Assembly (NCBI GenBank): GCA_035559535.1
Contig: DATMBG010000051.1
Coordinates: 62,001 to 126,000 of the forward strand
Length of the DNA: 64,000 bases
Direction: 5' to 3'
Origin: Candidatus Limnocylindrales bacterium
GTDB lineage: Bacteria; Moduliflexota; Moduliflexia; Moduliflexales; JAUQPW01
The position numbers and the translations under genes are program-made. This document shows positions 49,169-58,959 of the stretch, piece after piece (the first letter of the stretch is position 1; the number at the start of each line of letters is the position of its first letter). A model generated the notes under the pieces. It did no database searches and was not told the origin of the DNA. It saw only the letters and a list, made by a program, of their open reading frames with translations.

Positions 49169-49555
49169 AAAAGGCTCCTTAACCCTCCATTAAATAATTA
49201 ACTCCTGGGTTTTTATAGAAAAGATCAAACGGGGAAAAAATTCGGTAAATAAACCGTACCAAAAAAAGTTTTAACTGGCAAGCAAATTTTTCTCGTTTCC
49301 AGGACTCAACCTCCATGTAATAGACTTAAGGGTGAGTAAAAAAGTTCCAACAGGTGACGGAGCTTGGAGGTTTTTAGATTCCGTTTGCCATTTTATCCCT
49401 ATCTCTTTCTATCATCAGGCCTGTGCAAAAAGCCCATCCCCTTTCTTACTCCCCGTATGGGGGGATGATACCCTCTTTCGAATCTTCCGCTCTATAAACC
49501 GACCCCCTTCAACGGCCTGGTCTTTGAAGTAAGTTATTTTTTCACGGATCTCCCT

Positions 49556-50890
49556 TTAATTTTTATCTACCTTGGGTTCCTTATCTTTCTGTTGAGAGTC
49601 TAAAGAAGTGGGTATCACAGGTTCTGGTTCATAATCATAGTGTCGCAAGGCCGGAAAGAAGATCATAATACCTATGACGGCCAGGATAGCGCCGATGCCC
49701 CCACTTACAATGGAAAATACTACCCCAAACCACTGGGCTACAACTCCCGCTTCTAACTCCCCCAATTGAGGTCCACCCATAAAAAAGATCATATTTACGG
49801 AGATCATTCGCCCCCGCAGGTGGTCAGGGGTATGGAGTTGGCGAATAGTCCCCCGGATGACCATGCTGACAGTATCGGCGGCTCCGGTCAGAAACAGGAA
49901 GATGAAGGATAAGACAAATGTCCTGGAAAGGCCAAAAGCCACCGTTGCTAATCCATAGATGGCCACACTTCCTAAAATGAGAGGCCCTTGCTTCCTAATC
50001 CGACCGAATAAAGAAAGAATGGCTCCCATAGTAACAGCCCCAATAGCCGGAGCGGTATATAGCAAACCGTAACCCTTCGGGCCTATATGGAGAATTTCCT
50101 TGGCAAATAAAGGAAGCAGGGCTTCTGCCGATGCAAAGAAGGTTGCAAAGAAGTCCAACAGCATGGTAGATAGGATCATCGGAGAGCGACGAACAAATCG
50201 TAGCCCCTCCAGCATGGCCTGGAAGCTAATCTCCCCGCGCAGACTGTGGGTGGTATATGCCGGTAAATTCATGCGTACCAGGGCAATAATAACCGTGAAA
50301 AACGAGATTGCGTTGATCAAATAAATAACGGCAACATGGCTAACCGACAATACGACTCCGGTCAGGGAAGGCCCTACAATAGAGGCTATCTGAAGCACGA
50401 TAGAATTTAAACTGATGGCATTGGATAGATGTTCTCTGGGAACCAGAGCAGGTATCAGCGCCTGACGTGCCGGGTTATCAAAAGCAACTGCTGAAGCCAA
50501 TAAAGCGGAGATCAAATAAATAAGCCAAACCCTATCCCAGCCTGAGAAGGTCAATATGGCCAAAATACCGGCCAATAAGGCCATAATGCTCTGGGTCAGG
50601 AGCATCAATCGCCGTCGATCTACAACATCTGCAACAACACCACCCATCAAAGAGAAAAGTAAAACGGGGATTAATCGGGAGGCACCAACCCCTCCAAGGG
50701 CCAGCGGGGATTCGGTGAGTTCAGAAATATGCCACAAGATAGCCGCCGCTTGCATCTGAGACCCGATCCACGAGATAAGCTGACCCAACCACAGAAGACG
50801 GAAATCACGATATTGTAGAGCAACGAATCGGGTCCGTTGAGAAGCTTTCATCATGAGGGTCAATTTACCAGGGAGGAGGTATTCCGTCAA
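49556..50890 (-). CDS. MFS transporter (EntS/MFS_3-like)
   Basis: DFRLLWLGQ, GGVVADVVDRRRL, P..LRGRMISVN..F..GGPQLGE; about 12 TM helices. Confidence 0.92.
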   Translation of the reverse strand: MTEYLLPGKLTLMMKASQRTRFVALQYRDFRLLWLGQLISWIGSQMQAAAILWHISELTESPLALGGVGASRLIPVLLFSLMGGVVADVVDRRRLMLLTQSIMALLAGILAILTFSGWDRVWLIYLISALLASAVAFDNPARQALIPALVPREHLSNAISLNSIVLQIASIVGPSLTGVVLSVSHVAVIYLINAISFFTVIIALVRMNLPAYTTHSLRGEISFQAMLEGLRFVRRSPMILSTMLLDFFATFFASAEALLPLFAKEILHIGPKGYGLLYTAPAIGAVTMGAILSLFGRIRKQGPLILGSVAIYGLATVAFGLSRTFVLSFIFLFLTGAADTVSMVIRGTIRQLHTPDHLRGRMISVNMIFFMGGPQLGELEAGVVAQWFGVVFSIVSGGIGAILAVIGIMIFFPALRHYDYEPEPVIPTSLDSQQKDKEPKVDKN

Positions 50891-50991
50891 GTTACAGTTG
50901 CGAAATTTTAACGATTCAGCCTGGGTAACCTGGGGAGCGGTTTATTTTCTATTGGTCAGGAAACTCTAAACGGAAAATTTGGTCTTTATAG

Positions 50992-51372
50992 CGCTACCAA
51001 TCCGTTAACACCTGAAGAATTAAAAAAGGCCGGGGTATTTTGGCTGATGAATCCAAAGACTCCAACGTTTATATCAGTCGGCTGCGTGTTCGATACACCC
51101 GGGATAAATTTCCAGAAGATCTTGTATTTCAAGAGACTCCGAATCAACAAACTTTTCAGGGCCGATATATCTTCTGCCATCCCTTCACAGGAGAGATGAA
51201 GTGTGCAAAAGGATTAAGTTATCAGAAATCTTTATCGGAACGTTACGGGCAGCAGGCGCAAATCCTGGCCCATCTTACCGGAGAAGATATCCAGGAGATT
51301 CGGAAAAAGATGGAAATAGCAGATCCCATCGATAAAAAATCGACTCCGGGGGGGAAGAAAATTTTTGAGTAA
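50992..51372 (+). pseudogene. C-terminal remnant of a DUF2330-like protein
   Basis: PLTPEELKKAGVFWL / frameshift / VYISRLRVRYTRDKFPEDLVFQET.N...FQGRY; N-terminal majority absent. Confidence 0.6.
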
Positions 51373-51509
51373 AAAGTCTCAAAAGAGGGGAAATGGGAGA
51401 ATGAAGGATTGCCTCTACCAAGGAAGCCCCCTTTCCTCTATCCCCCCGCATGGGGGGGGGAATTGATTGAATGTCTATTCTCCCATTCACCCCTTCAGCG
51501 GTTCTTAAT

Positions 51510-52244
51510 TTACTTGTCTGCCGGTCGAACCTCGAAGAGGATCAGTTGGGTTTCTTTGTTCTTATCACCTTCGACTCTGGCCATGTGGGTTCCGGCCGGT
51601 TCGAAGTAATATTGGCCTTCCTTATAAGTGTCGGCTTTATCTGTGGTGATTGTCAGGCTTCCGGAGGCAACCCATCTTATACCGGGGCCTTGATGGGTAT
51701 GTTCTCCGATAAATCCCCCAGGTGCTATTTTTAAGCTGACCAGTATCATTTTATACTTTCCGGCAGTCAGCCCATCGACCTCCTGTTCTAGCGTGGTCTT
51801 GGAGGTAATTCCTTTTTTTTCTTGAGCGGCCTGGGCTTTAGTCTCTCCCATAGGGAGTATCTCAAAAACTAAAATTTTTACAGGATCTTTGCCTTCATTT
51901 TTATAACTGTGATGAACTTGAGGGGTTTCGGCAAAGGATTGACCAGCTGTATAGGTTTTAGTCTGTCCATCTTCTTTGGAGGTAAGGGTTCCGGAGATTA
52001 TATAACGGGCTCCCGGACCTCCATGGGTATGTTCACTCATGGAACCACCCGGTTCAACGGTCATTTCTACCGCACGCATTTTATACTTTCCCTCGGTTAA
52101 GCCGTCCACAACGGCTTCCAATAAAACCTGCCGACTCACCCCTTGGGCTTCTACAGCTTCAACATTCTGTGGATTAACAAATAAAATCCACAGGGATAAA
52201 AATACGTTTAAAATCACCCATTGCGTGATAGCTTGTTTTGACAT
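51510..52244 (-). CDS. Exported tandem-cupin protein
   Basis: Signal peptide; two repeats PGG...EHTH.GPG.R...SG.LT...TY..GQ.F.E....H. Confidence 0.85.
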   Translation of the reverse strand: MSKQAITQWVILNVFLSLWILFVNPQNVEAVEAQGVSRQVLLEAVVDGLTEGKYKMRAVEMTVEPGGSMSEHTHGGPGARYIISGTLTSKEDGQTKTYTAGQSFAETPQVHHSYKNEGKDPVKILVFEILPMGETKAQAAQEKKGITSKTTLEQEVDGLTAGKYKMILVSLKIAPGGFIGEHTHQGPGIRWVASGSLTITTDKADTYKEGQYYFEPAGTHMARVEGDKNKETQLILFEVRPADK

Positions 52245-52375
52245 TATCCACCTCCTTAAAGGGTTCAGGAGTTGATGGGAAAAATTTTTGAACTCCCCCT
52301 GAGAACCATTGGGAATTATAACATATATTGTAAGTAGAACAAGGACCTGTCAACTGGAAATTTTAGGAGAGATGT

Positions 52376-53140
52376 ATGGAGCAAAAAAATTTACCCCATC
52401 AGGAGTTCAAAAAAATTATACAGACTATTTCTAACCAGACGTATCCCAACCTATATTTCATTCTGAAGGCAAGTTTTGGGGTTCTATCGCCGGGTCAGAA
52501 ATTAGGCGTTTTCTCAGCTTCTTTTAATCCTCCTACCATCACCCATGTAGAATTGATTAGAAAAGCCCGGCAAATCTTTAACCTGAATGAAGTCTTACTT
52601 TTAGCCAGCCCTAGAAACGCCGATAAGACAAACTATGAAGCTTCTCTGGAAGACCGTTTAAAGATGCTGCTCCAGGTCTTCTCATCCCATTCCAAAGTTT
52701 CTGTCGGGGTCTGCAGCCATCCTTATTTTATTGATATGCTCCAGGCTATTCAGGCTGATTATCCTGAAAGAACCGAAATTTATTTTATCGTGGGATATGA
52801 TACCCTGGAGCGAATCTTAGACAGAGAGGGTAAATACTACCCCCGTTATTATAAGAAATACACAAACCGAGAAGAGCCGCTCAAAGATTTATTTGCTACC
52901 GGCTATTTTATTGTAGGGGGTGGAAAAGCCAGCTTAATAGCGTTGAGAGAATTACTGACAAAAGAAATGGACCCCGGTCTACTGGCTAAAATTCATTACC
53001 TTGAGTTGCCCGATTCTTATCCTCGGGCTACAGAGGTACGAAACCGTAGGAAGCAGGGACTTTCCATAGAAAAATTAGTCCCTCCAGAAGTTCAACGCTA
53101 CCTCGAAGAAACCGGATTATATAGCAATAAGAACAAATAA
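52376..53140 (+). CDS. NadD-like nucleotidyltransferase
   Basis: SASFNPPTITH, YFIVGYDTLERI, ATEVR...LVPPEV..Y....LY. Confidence 0.75.
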   Translation: MEQKNLPHQEFKKIIQTISNQTYPNLYFILKASFGVLSPGQKLGVFSASFNPPTITHVELIRKARQIFNLNEVLLLASPRNADKTNYEASLEDRLKMLLQVFSSHSKVSVGVCSHPYFIDMLQAIQADYPERTEIYFIVGYDTLERILDREGKYYPRYYKKYTNREEPLKDLFATGYFIVGGGKASLIALRELLTKEMDPGLLAKIHYLELPDSYPRATEVRNRRKQGLSIEKLVPPEVQRYLEETGLYSNKNK

Positions 53141-53201
53141 TAAGGTCCTCCCCGCCGTCATGGTAGGGAATCTCTATCTTCCTCCTACCATTCTCCGTCG
53201 G

Positions 53202-54194
53202 CTAGGTTTTGGCTCCTAAAAGGCTAACCGTCAGATCGTCAAATTGGACAATGGAATTTTTTCTGGTCCATAAACCTATTTTACCCTTACTGAAAGTAGA
53301 ATCTTGCGCTTTAATATAAAGTTTCTCATCCAGATATCCTTCGAACTGATCGCCTTTACATTGAATTCTAAGGGTATGCCATTCGTTAGGAGTAATCTTT
53401 ACCGTTTTGCTGGCGATCCGGACCGGTTTTCCCCTGGTAAATCGATAGAGGCTATAGTTATTTTTTAAAGCATCGGCCCGGATGACGTAGTAATTATTAG
53501 GATCCTGATAACGAATTACAATCCCACCGGCTTGTGCTGTTTTTCCAGATTCCGGTTTAAACTTTACAGCTACATCCAGATCCTGGTAATCCCCTTCATC
53601 CAACAGGAGAAGTTGAAACTGGGCATCGGTTTTCCCTGTGTATTGGGGGGTAAGTACCCAGTTTTGATTAGAGAGGGAGGAATCTTTTATGATTACCCAT
53701 TTAACTTGAGAACCTCGACCGGTTCGAAAAGCAGAAAATCCCTGAGGAGATTCTCCTTCTTTATCTGCATCGAATCGATAAGTTAAGATCTTGTTGCCAT
53801 CGGTGTTTTTAGCCGCCGGAGTCTCTACCGGAAGATCTCTCGTCGGGGTATTCTGTAGAGTAGAATGGGTCATGGTATCCGATGGCTGTTGAGGTTTGGT
53901 ATCTCCAGAAGGCTTTTCCAGAGGTGCGCTTTTTTGGCCTGACACTACCTCATTACCCGGAGCTTTTTCAGATTGAGATAGTGGATTTAACTGGATCTGC
54001 GGATTAACCGGACTTTCGGTTTGAGTCTTTCCTGACAGATTAACCTGGCTTTCGGTGTCGGTCTTCCCCACAGTTTTACTTTTTTCATGAGAAAAATCAG
54101 GTATTTGTGGAGACTTGTTAAATAACAAGAATAACCCCCAGGCACACAAGGGGGTAATCAAAATAAACAAAATCCATTTGTTCATGGTGCTCAT
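53202..54194 (-). CDS. Membrane-anchored protein with low-complexity linker and DUF1080/ConA-like domain
   Basis: N-terminal TM; Q/S/T/P-rich linker; GGIVIRYQDPNNYY, WHTLRI, D.TF.KGKIGLW, FDDL. Confidence 0.8.
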   Translation of the reverse strand: MSTMNKWILFILITPLCAWGLFLLFNKSPQIPDFSHEKSKTVGKTDTESQVNLSGKTQTESPVNPQIQLNPLSQSEKAPGNEVVSGQKSAPLEKPSGDTKPQQPSDTMTHSTLQNTPTRDLPVETPAAKNTDGNKILTYRFDADKEGESPQGFSAFRTGRGSQVKWVIIKDSSLSNQNWVLTPQYTGKTDAQFQLLLLDEGDYQDLDVAVKFKPESGKTAQAGGIVIRYQDPNNYYVIRADALKNNYSLYRFTRGKPVRIASKTVKITPNEWHTLRIQCKGDQFEGYLDEKLYIKAQDSTFSKGKIGLWTRKNSIVQFDDLTVSLLGAKT

Positions 54195-54683
54195 GGAACA
54201 AAACTCCTTTTTCTCAAAAGGTCTTTATGATTCAGATCTAAGATCCGAAATAATTATCTTTATAACAAATTAATTTCCTGCAAAGAGTATGCAAAAAATG
54301 AGATTTCCAAAGGTTTAACCATCTTTTTATAACTTAAAGTACGTTTTTTAATTTTACTATATAATTTTTTTGCCGGTAGAAGTAACCTGTCCAAACGATT
54401 TTCGTCCATCACTGGGGAGCCAGCATACGTATCAAGCTGAGAAAGGGAAAAAGCCTTATTTTCAGCCTGAATACCCCCTTCCCCCCTCGAGGGGGGAAGG
54501 GGGTGTTTCCCCATACGCGCCAGGTTAAGCTGAAAAGCCCGTCAGGGCCAACCGTAGGTAACCCCCGATAGAAGTCGGGGGATTCAGTCAGTCAGAATTT
54601 TTTCAAGCTTCAGGGTCGTGTCCTGTTAAACAGATCGCCCCGCTGGGCTAACCTTCTTATTCTGACACCTATTGGTTAGGGGA

Positions 54684-54728
54684 TGTTCAGACAGAAAAAG
54701 TGATACCTAATAACTTGTTACAGTCACC
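54684..54728 (+). repeat. Dispersed 45-bp repeat, copy 2
   Basis: tgttcagacagaaaaagtgatacctaataacttgttacagtcacc. Confidence 0.8.
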
Positions 54729-54779
54729 CCTAAAAAACATATCCTTGACGGTAGAAAAAGGGTCTGGCAAAATAAAAGT

Positions 54780-57149
54780 ATGGAAAAGTTACTCGGCCCT
54801 TTGTTAAAATACCCCAGACTTGCCTTGATAGTCCTTATGATTCCGACCCTTGTATTTGCTTTCTATGCCTGGCATGTTACCGTGGATCCTTCCAATGAGT
54901 CCTTACTCCCTCAGGGTGATATAACCGTTGAATACTTAAAAGAATTTAACCGGATATTTGGCAGTGATGAGGTTATTGTCATTGCATTACATTCTCCCCA
55001 ACTTTTTACGGAAGAAAACTTTGCCTCACTCTCGGCTTTGACAGATAAAATTTCGCAGATTCCATACGTAACCCAGGTGGTTAGCCTGGTTAATTTCAAG
55101 GATGTTCGAAGTGATGTCTTTGGACCGGCTTTAAGAGTTCCTTTTGAAGAGGTTCTTTCCCATAAAAAAACTCTCCAGGATTTTGCCTCTGAAGTAGCTC
55201 AGAACCCCCTCGTGCAAAACCTCCTATTATCCAGAGATGGAAAGACTACAGCCATTCTGGTAGATATAACTCCCCGGGAAGGAGATCCCTTTTATCGAAA
55301 GAAGATCGTGGAAAAAATTCGAGAGATAATAGCAGAAGCCGAAAGTCAGGAATCAGGGGTTGGGGATCAGAAGGATAAGGTAAAACATCCCTCCTCAAAA
55401 CTTGATTTTTACGTTGCCGGTATTCCGGTTGAGGTAACCGATTTAGCAGAGTATATTCGCCGAGACCAGAAGATCTTCCTTCCCTTCATATTTCTGATCA
55501 TTACCCTTGCCTTGAGTCTAACTTACTCTACCGTCCTGGAAGTTCTTCTACCTCTTCTGGTCATGTTTTTGAGCCTTATCTGGACCATTGGATTATACGG
55601 TTTACAGGGAAAAGCTTTGAATGCCATTACCACCTTATTAACCCCTATTGTCATGGTGACCTCCGTTGAAAACGTTATTCACTTTCTGAACCGGTATCGA
55701 GAAGATTTTTATAATCTGGGGGATCCACAGAAAGCCCTGGTAAGAAGTTTCTCCATTATTGCAATTCCTTGCTTTCTTACCAGTTTTACAACGGCTATCG
55801 GTTTCGCTTCGCTCATGGTAAACCCCATTCCTGCCGTTCAGGATTTTGGTATTTACGCATCCCTGGGAGCTACCTTCGCTTATTTTCTGGCCATGACTCT
55901 GGTACCTCTTACGATCGTGCAGGTCAAGGTCGGAAAGTTAGATCCCTGGAAGGGTAAAAAATGGGACTATTTAGAAAAGCTTTTATCCTATCTAGAAGAG
56001 ATCATCCTTTCCAAGAAAAACTGGGTTTTGTCTATTACAGGAATTTTATTAGTTGTCTCCTCCATGGGTCTGTTTCATATTAAAATAACAACGGATATTA
56101 TCCGTTCCTTTAAATCTACAGCTCCCTTGTATCAGGCAACTCAATTCATCGATGAACATCTAACCGGGGTAAACTCCCTGGAGATTACCGTTCGGGGTCC
56201 AAAGCGACTCGAGTCGGTTGAAGGATCCAGCGTTCAAAGCCCGGAATCTGAAGCCCTCAATTCCAGGATCACTTTAAAAACCTTGAAAAAAATAGAAGAG
56301 CTGCAACAGTTCCTGAATACCTTTCCCGAGATAGTTAAAACCCTATCTCTGGTAGATCTGATCAAAAGGCTTTATCAGGCAGACCATGAGGACGATCCGG
56401 CTTTTTATCGATTGCCGGAGGATGAATCAGACCTTGAAGAATATCTGGACTTCCTGGCTACCTCCAAAGATCGGGAATATCTCCAGTTTATCACCGAAGA
56501 CCTCTCCCTTGTCCGAATTTCTTGCCGCGTAAAAGCTATAGGAACCGATCGTTCCCAGCAAATGCTTCAACAGATCCAGACTTATATTAACACGGCTTTC
56601 CAGGAGGGAGAGGAGATTCGCATTACGGGAAGCATGTTGGTATTATCTAATATGTCTACTTACCTGGTTCGTAACCAAATCAAAAGTATGGCTGCTGCCC
56701 TACCTTTGATTTTAATTTCCATGGGTCTACTTTATCGGTCTACTTTTATCGGTCTCATGAGCGCGATTCCCAACCTGATTCCCATTCTGATGGTGTATGG
56801 CTTCATGGGCTGGACCGGGGTTGAGTTAAGTGTACCGACAGCCATGATATCCAGTATTGTCATTGGATTAGCCATCAATAACACCATTTACTTCCTCTCA
56901 CGGTTTAAACTCGAATTTCCAAAGTTAAAGGATTATACCTCTGCCATTCAGGCCACCCTTAAAAATACAGGAAGAGCCATGATCGCCTCATCGATGATCC
57001 TGGTGCTTGGTTTCTGGGTTGGTATTTTCGGAAGTTTTAAGCCTTCTATTTACTTTGCTCTGCTGACCGGGATGACCCTTTTGTTGGCTTTGATCAGTAA
57101 TCTGATTATCCTTCCCTTAACCCTCATTATTTTTAAACCTTTAAAATAG
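54780..57149 (+). CDS. MMPL/RND-family transporter
   Basis: Two repeats of TM + periplasmic loop + 5 TM; PCFLTSFTTAIGFASL; IGLAINNTIYFL..F; TGRAMI. Confidence 0.88.
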   Translation: MEKLLGPLLKYPRLALIVLMIPTLVFAFYAWHVTVDPSNESLLPQGDITVEYLKEFNRIFGSDEVIVIALHSPQLFTEENFASLSALTDKISQIPYVTQVVSLVNFKDVRSDVFGPALRVPFEEVLSHKKTLQDFASEVAQNPLVQNLLLSRDGKTTAILVDITPREGDPFYRKKIVEKIREIIAEAESQESGVGDQKDKVKHPSSKLDFYVAGIPVEVTDLAEYIRRDQKIFLPFIFLIITLALSLTYSTVLEVLLPLLVMFLSLIWTIGLYGLQGKALNAITTLLTPIVMVTSVENVIHFLNRYREDFYNLGDPQKALVRSFSIIAIPCFLTSFTTAIGFASLMVNPIPAVQDFGIYASLGATFAYFLAMTLVPLTIVQVKVGKLDPWKGKKWDYLEKLLSYLEEIILSKKNWVLSITGILLVVSSMGLFHIKITTDIIRSFKSTAPLYQATQFIDEHLTGVNSLEITVRGPKRLESVEGSSVQSPESEALNSRITLKTLKKIEELQQFLNTFPEIVKTLSLVDLIKRLYQADHEDDPAFYRLPEDESDLEEYLDFLATSKDREYLQFITEDLSLVRISCRVKAIGTDRSQQMLQQIQTYINTAFQEGEEIRITGSMLVLSNMSTYLVRNQIKSMAAALPLILISMGLLYRSTFIGLMSAIPNLIPILMVYGFMGWTGVELSVPTAMISSIVIGLAINNTIYFLSRFKLEFPKLKDYTSAIQATLKNTGRAMIASSMILVLGFWVGIFGSFKPSIYFALLTGMTLLLALISNLIILPLTLIIFKPLK

Positions 57150-57244
57150 TACACTGTTTACTTAATTTTGGACTTATAGGGCTGCTTTCACTCCCCAGAG
57201 GGATAACTCAAAATTAACTTTACAAAGTAATAGGAGGTCAGGTT

Positions 57245-57766
57245 ATGGTGGGAAAAATTATTTTTTATTTTTTGAGTAGCTTAAGCCTGATTGGGTTTCT
57301 CTTATCCGTCCCTTCAGGTTATACAATGGTAGACAGTCGTTTACTATTTACGTTAAAAGATCAACTGGATCGGGAAGATTCTCTTATCAATTATAAGGGG
57401 AATGTGGTGGTGCTTCTGGCAGCCGGAAATGGGAAGACTCTGAGGAGGATCAAATCCTGGGAGGAAACCCTAAGGAAAAGATATGGGGAAACCCTCAAAG
57501 TTCTTCGGGTTGCCAACGCCGAGGAGGCTAAAGATAAAACTCCCGAAGAGGTAAAAAAAACTCTCCGGGAGCATGTCCCTGAAAAGATCTCCTTGCTTAT
57601 CGATTGGAACGGTCAGGTCATCCGATCCTTTAATCTCAATCGTCAAGATGTGAACGTGGTTATTTTTAATAAGGACCTGGATATTATCTATACCGACTCT
57701 GGAAAAGTCGAAGATCGTAAAGAGAAAGTTTTCCAGGTATTGGATAAGTTATTAAGATCGAATTAA
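57245..57766 (+). CDS. Exported thioredoxin-fold-like protein lacking Cys
   Basis: FTLKDQ...SL..YKGNVVVL and LLIDWNG.V...F resemble the AhpC/TSA fold; no CxxC. Confidence 0.55.
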   Translation: MVGKIIFYFLSSLSLIGFLLSVPSGYTMVDSRLLFTLKDQLDREDSLINYKGNVVVLLAAGNGKTLRRIKSWEETLRKRYGETLKVLRVANAEEAKDKTPEEVKKTLREHVPEKISLLIDWNGQVIRSFNLNRQDVNVVIFNKDLDIIYTDSGKVEDRKEKVFQVLDKLLRSN

Positions 57767-57784
57767 AAGGATCAAGGCATCGTG

Positions 57785-58921
57785 CTAAAGATTGTAATGC
57801 CTCTTCGTTTGTTGGTGGCGCGGATCGTCAAAGTGGAATATATCCGGGTTGGCTCCTTTGGTCAGCGCAAGATAATAACTGAATAACTGCAGAGGTATTA
57901 TATAAACCAGAGGGGTTAATGCTTCCATCATTTTGGGCAGGTTAATAGTATGAGTTGCAATCTTTGCCAGGTTCTGATCCTCCTCTTCTACCAATGCAAC
58001 GGTTGTAGCTCCAATGGTATTGGCAACTTTCACGATTTCAAGGCAGCGTGAATAGCTGGGCCCTGGAGGAGCGATAACCCATACGGCCATTTTATCACTG
58101 AGCCCTGCCACAGGTCCATGAAGGAATTGTTCCGCCTGGAAGCCCTCACAGGGTGTGTAGTTAGTTTCCTTCATTTTGAGGGCAACCTCGTAGGCAGTTG
58201 CTGTGTTGGGACCGCCTCCTACAAAGACCACGAATTCTTTTTCTGTGAGTTCTTGCGCAAGCTCCTGGATATGGGCCTCTGTTTCCAGGGCCCGTTGAAT
58301 AAATTCAGGAACACGGGTCAGTTGGGCCCTGGCTACTTCAATATCTTTACCTACATGGCGTCCCAGTTGTATAATTAGAGCCGCCAATAAAGATAGTGCC
58401 GTTGTATAACTTTTGGTATGTGCAGCCGAGATTTCCTGATCAACGGTCATTAAAACGGTATGGGCTCTGTGAATACCCTCGGCGGAGTCCTTACCGGTAA
58501 TAACTATGGTCGTAGCACCCCGTCTGTTGGCCTGTTCAAGGGCTTGCAGGGAATAATTCTTAGTTCCCCGATGGCTTACTACCAGGACCCCTGTATCTTC
58601 TCGAACAGGGGGAGGATAACATACAAATTCGAAGGAATGGATGGCACGGGTGGGAATAAAGTCATCTACCAGGAGGCGCATAAAATATTCTCCCACCAGT
58701 ACGGCGTGAAAAGAAGTACCAATCCCGCAGAAATACCAGCTACCTTGCCGTTTCAGAAACTCAACGGCCTGGTCTAGTTGTAAGGTGTTGGCTTGTAATA
58801 CCTCGTGAATCAAGGCAGGTTGGGCTCGAATGGCATCATACATGTGATAGGGATGTGCATTACGTCGATTTAATTCTGCCAGAGTCATTGAATTCGTCAT
58901 TATGATTTTCCTCCCGGTCAA
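57785..58921 (-). CDS. Double-SIS-domain sugar-phosphate isomerase/deglycase (GlmS C-terminal-like)
   Basis: GIGTSFHA, SHRG, AHTKSY, EVALKMKE, EQFLHGP, IIPLQL..Y.LA..KG.NPD. Confidence 0.88.
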   Translation of the reverse strand: MTGRKIIMTNSMTLAELNRRNAHPYHMYDAIRAQPALIHEVLQANTLQLDQAVEFLKRQGSWYFCGIGTSFHAVLVGEYFMRLLVDDFIPTRAIHSFEFVCYPPPVREDTGVLVVSHRGTKNYSLQALEQANRRGATTIVITGKDSAEGIHRAHTVLMTVDQEISAAHTKSYTTALSLLAALIIQLGRHVGKDIEVARAQLTRVPEFIQRALETEAHIQELAQELTEKEFVVFVGGGPNTATAYEVALKMKETNYTPCEGFQAEQFLHGPVAGLSDKMAVWVIAPPGPSYSRCLEIVKVANTIGATTVALVEEEDQNLAKIATHTINLPKMMEALTPLVYIIPLQLFSYYLALTKGANPDIFHFDDPRHQQTKRHYNL

Positions 58922-58959
58922 TATAAACTTTTAGACCCCTTTTCATGATTCGGTACTTT

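Noticed and set aside
54260-54514. 84-aa ORF upstream of the MMPL gene
   Set aside because: Starts within a REP-like hairpin, AT-rich, with no recognisable motif.
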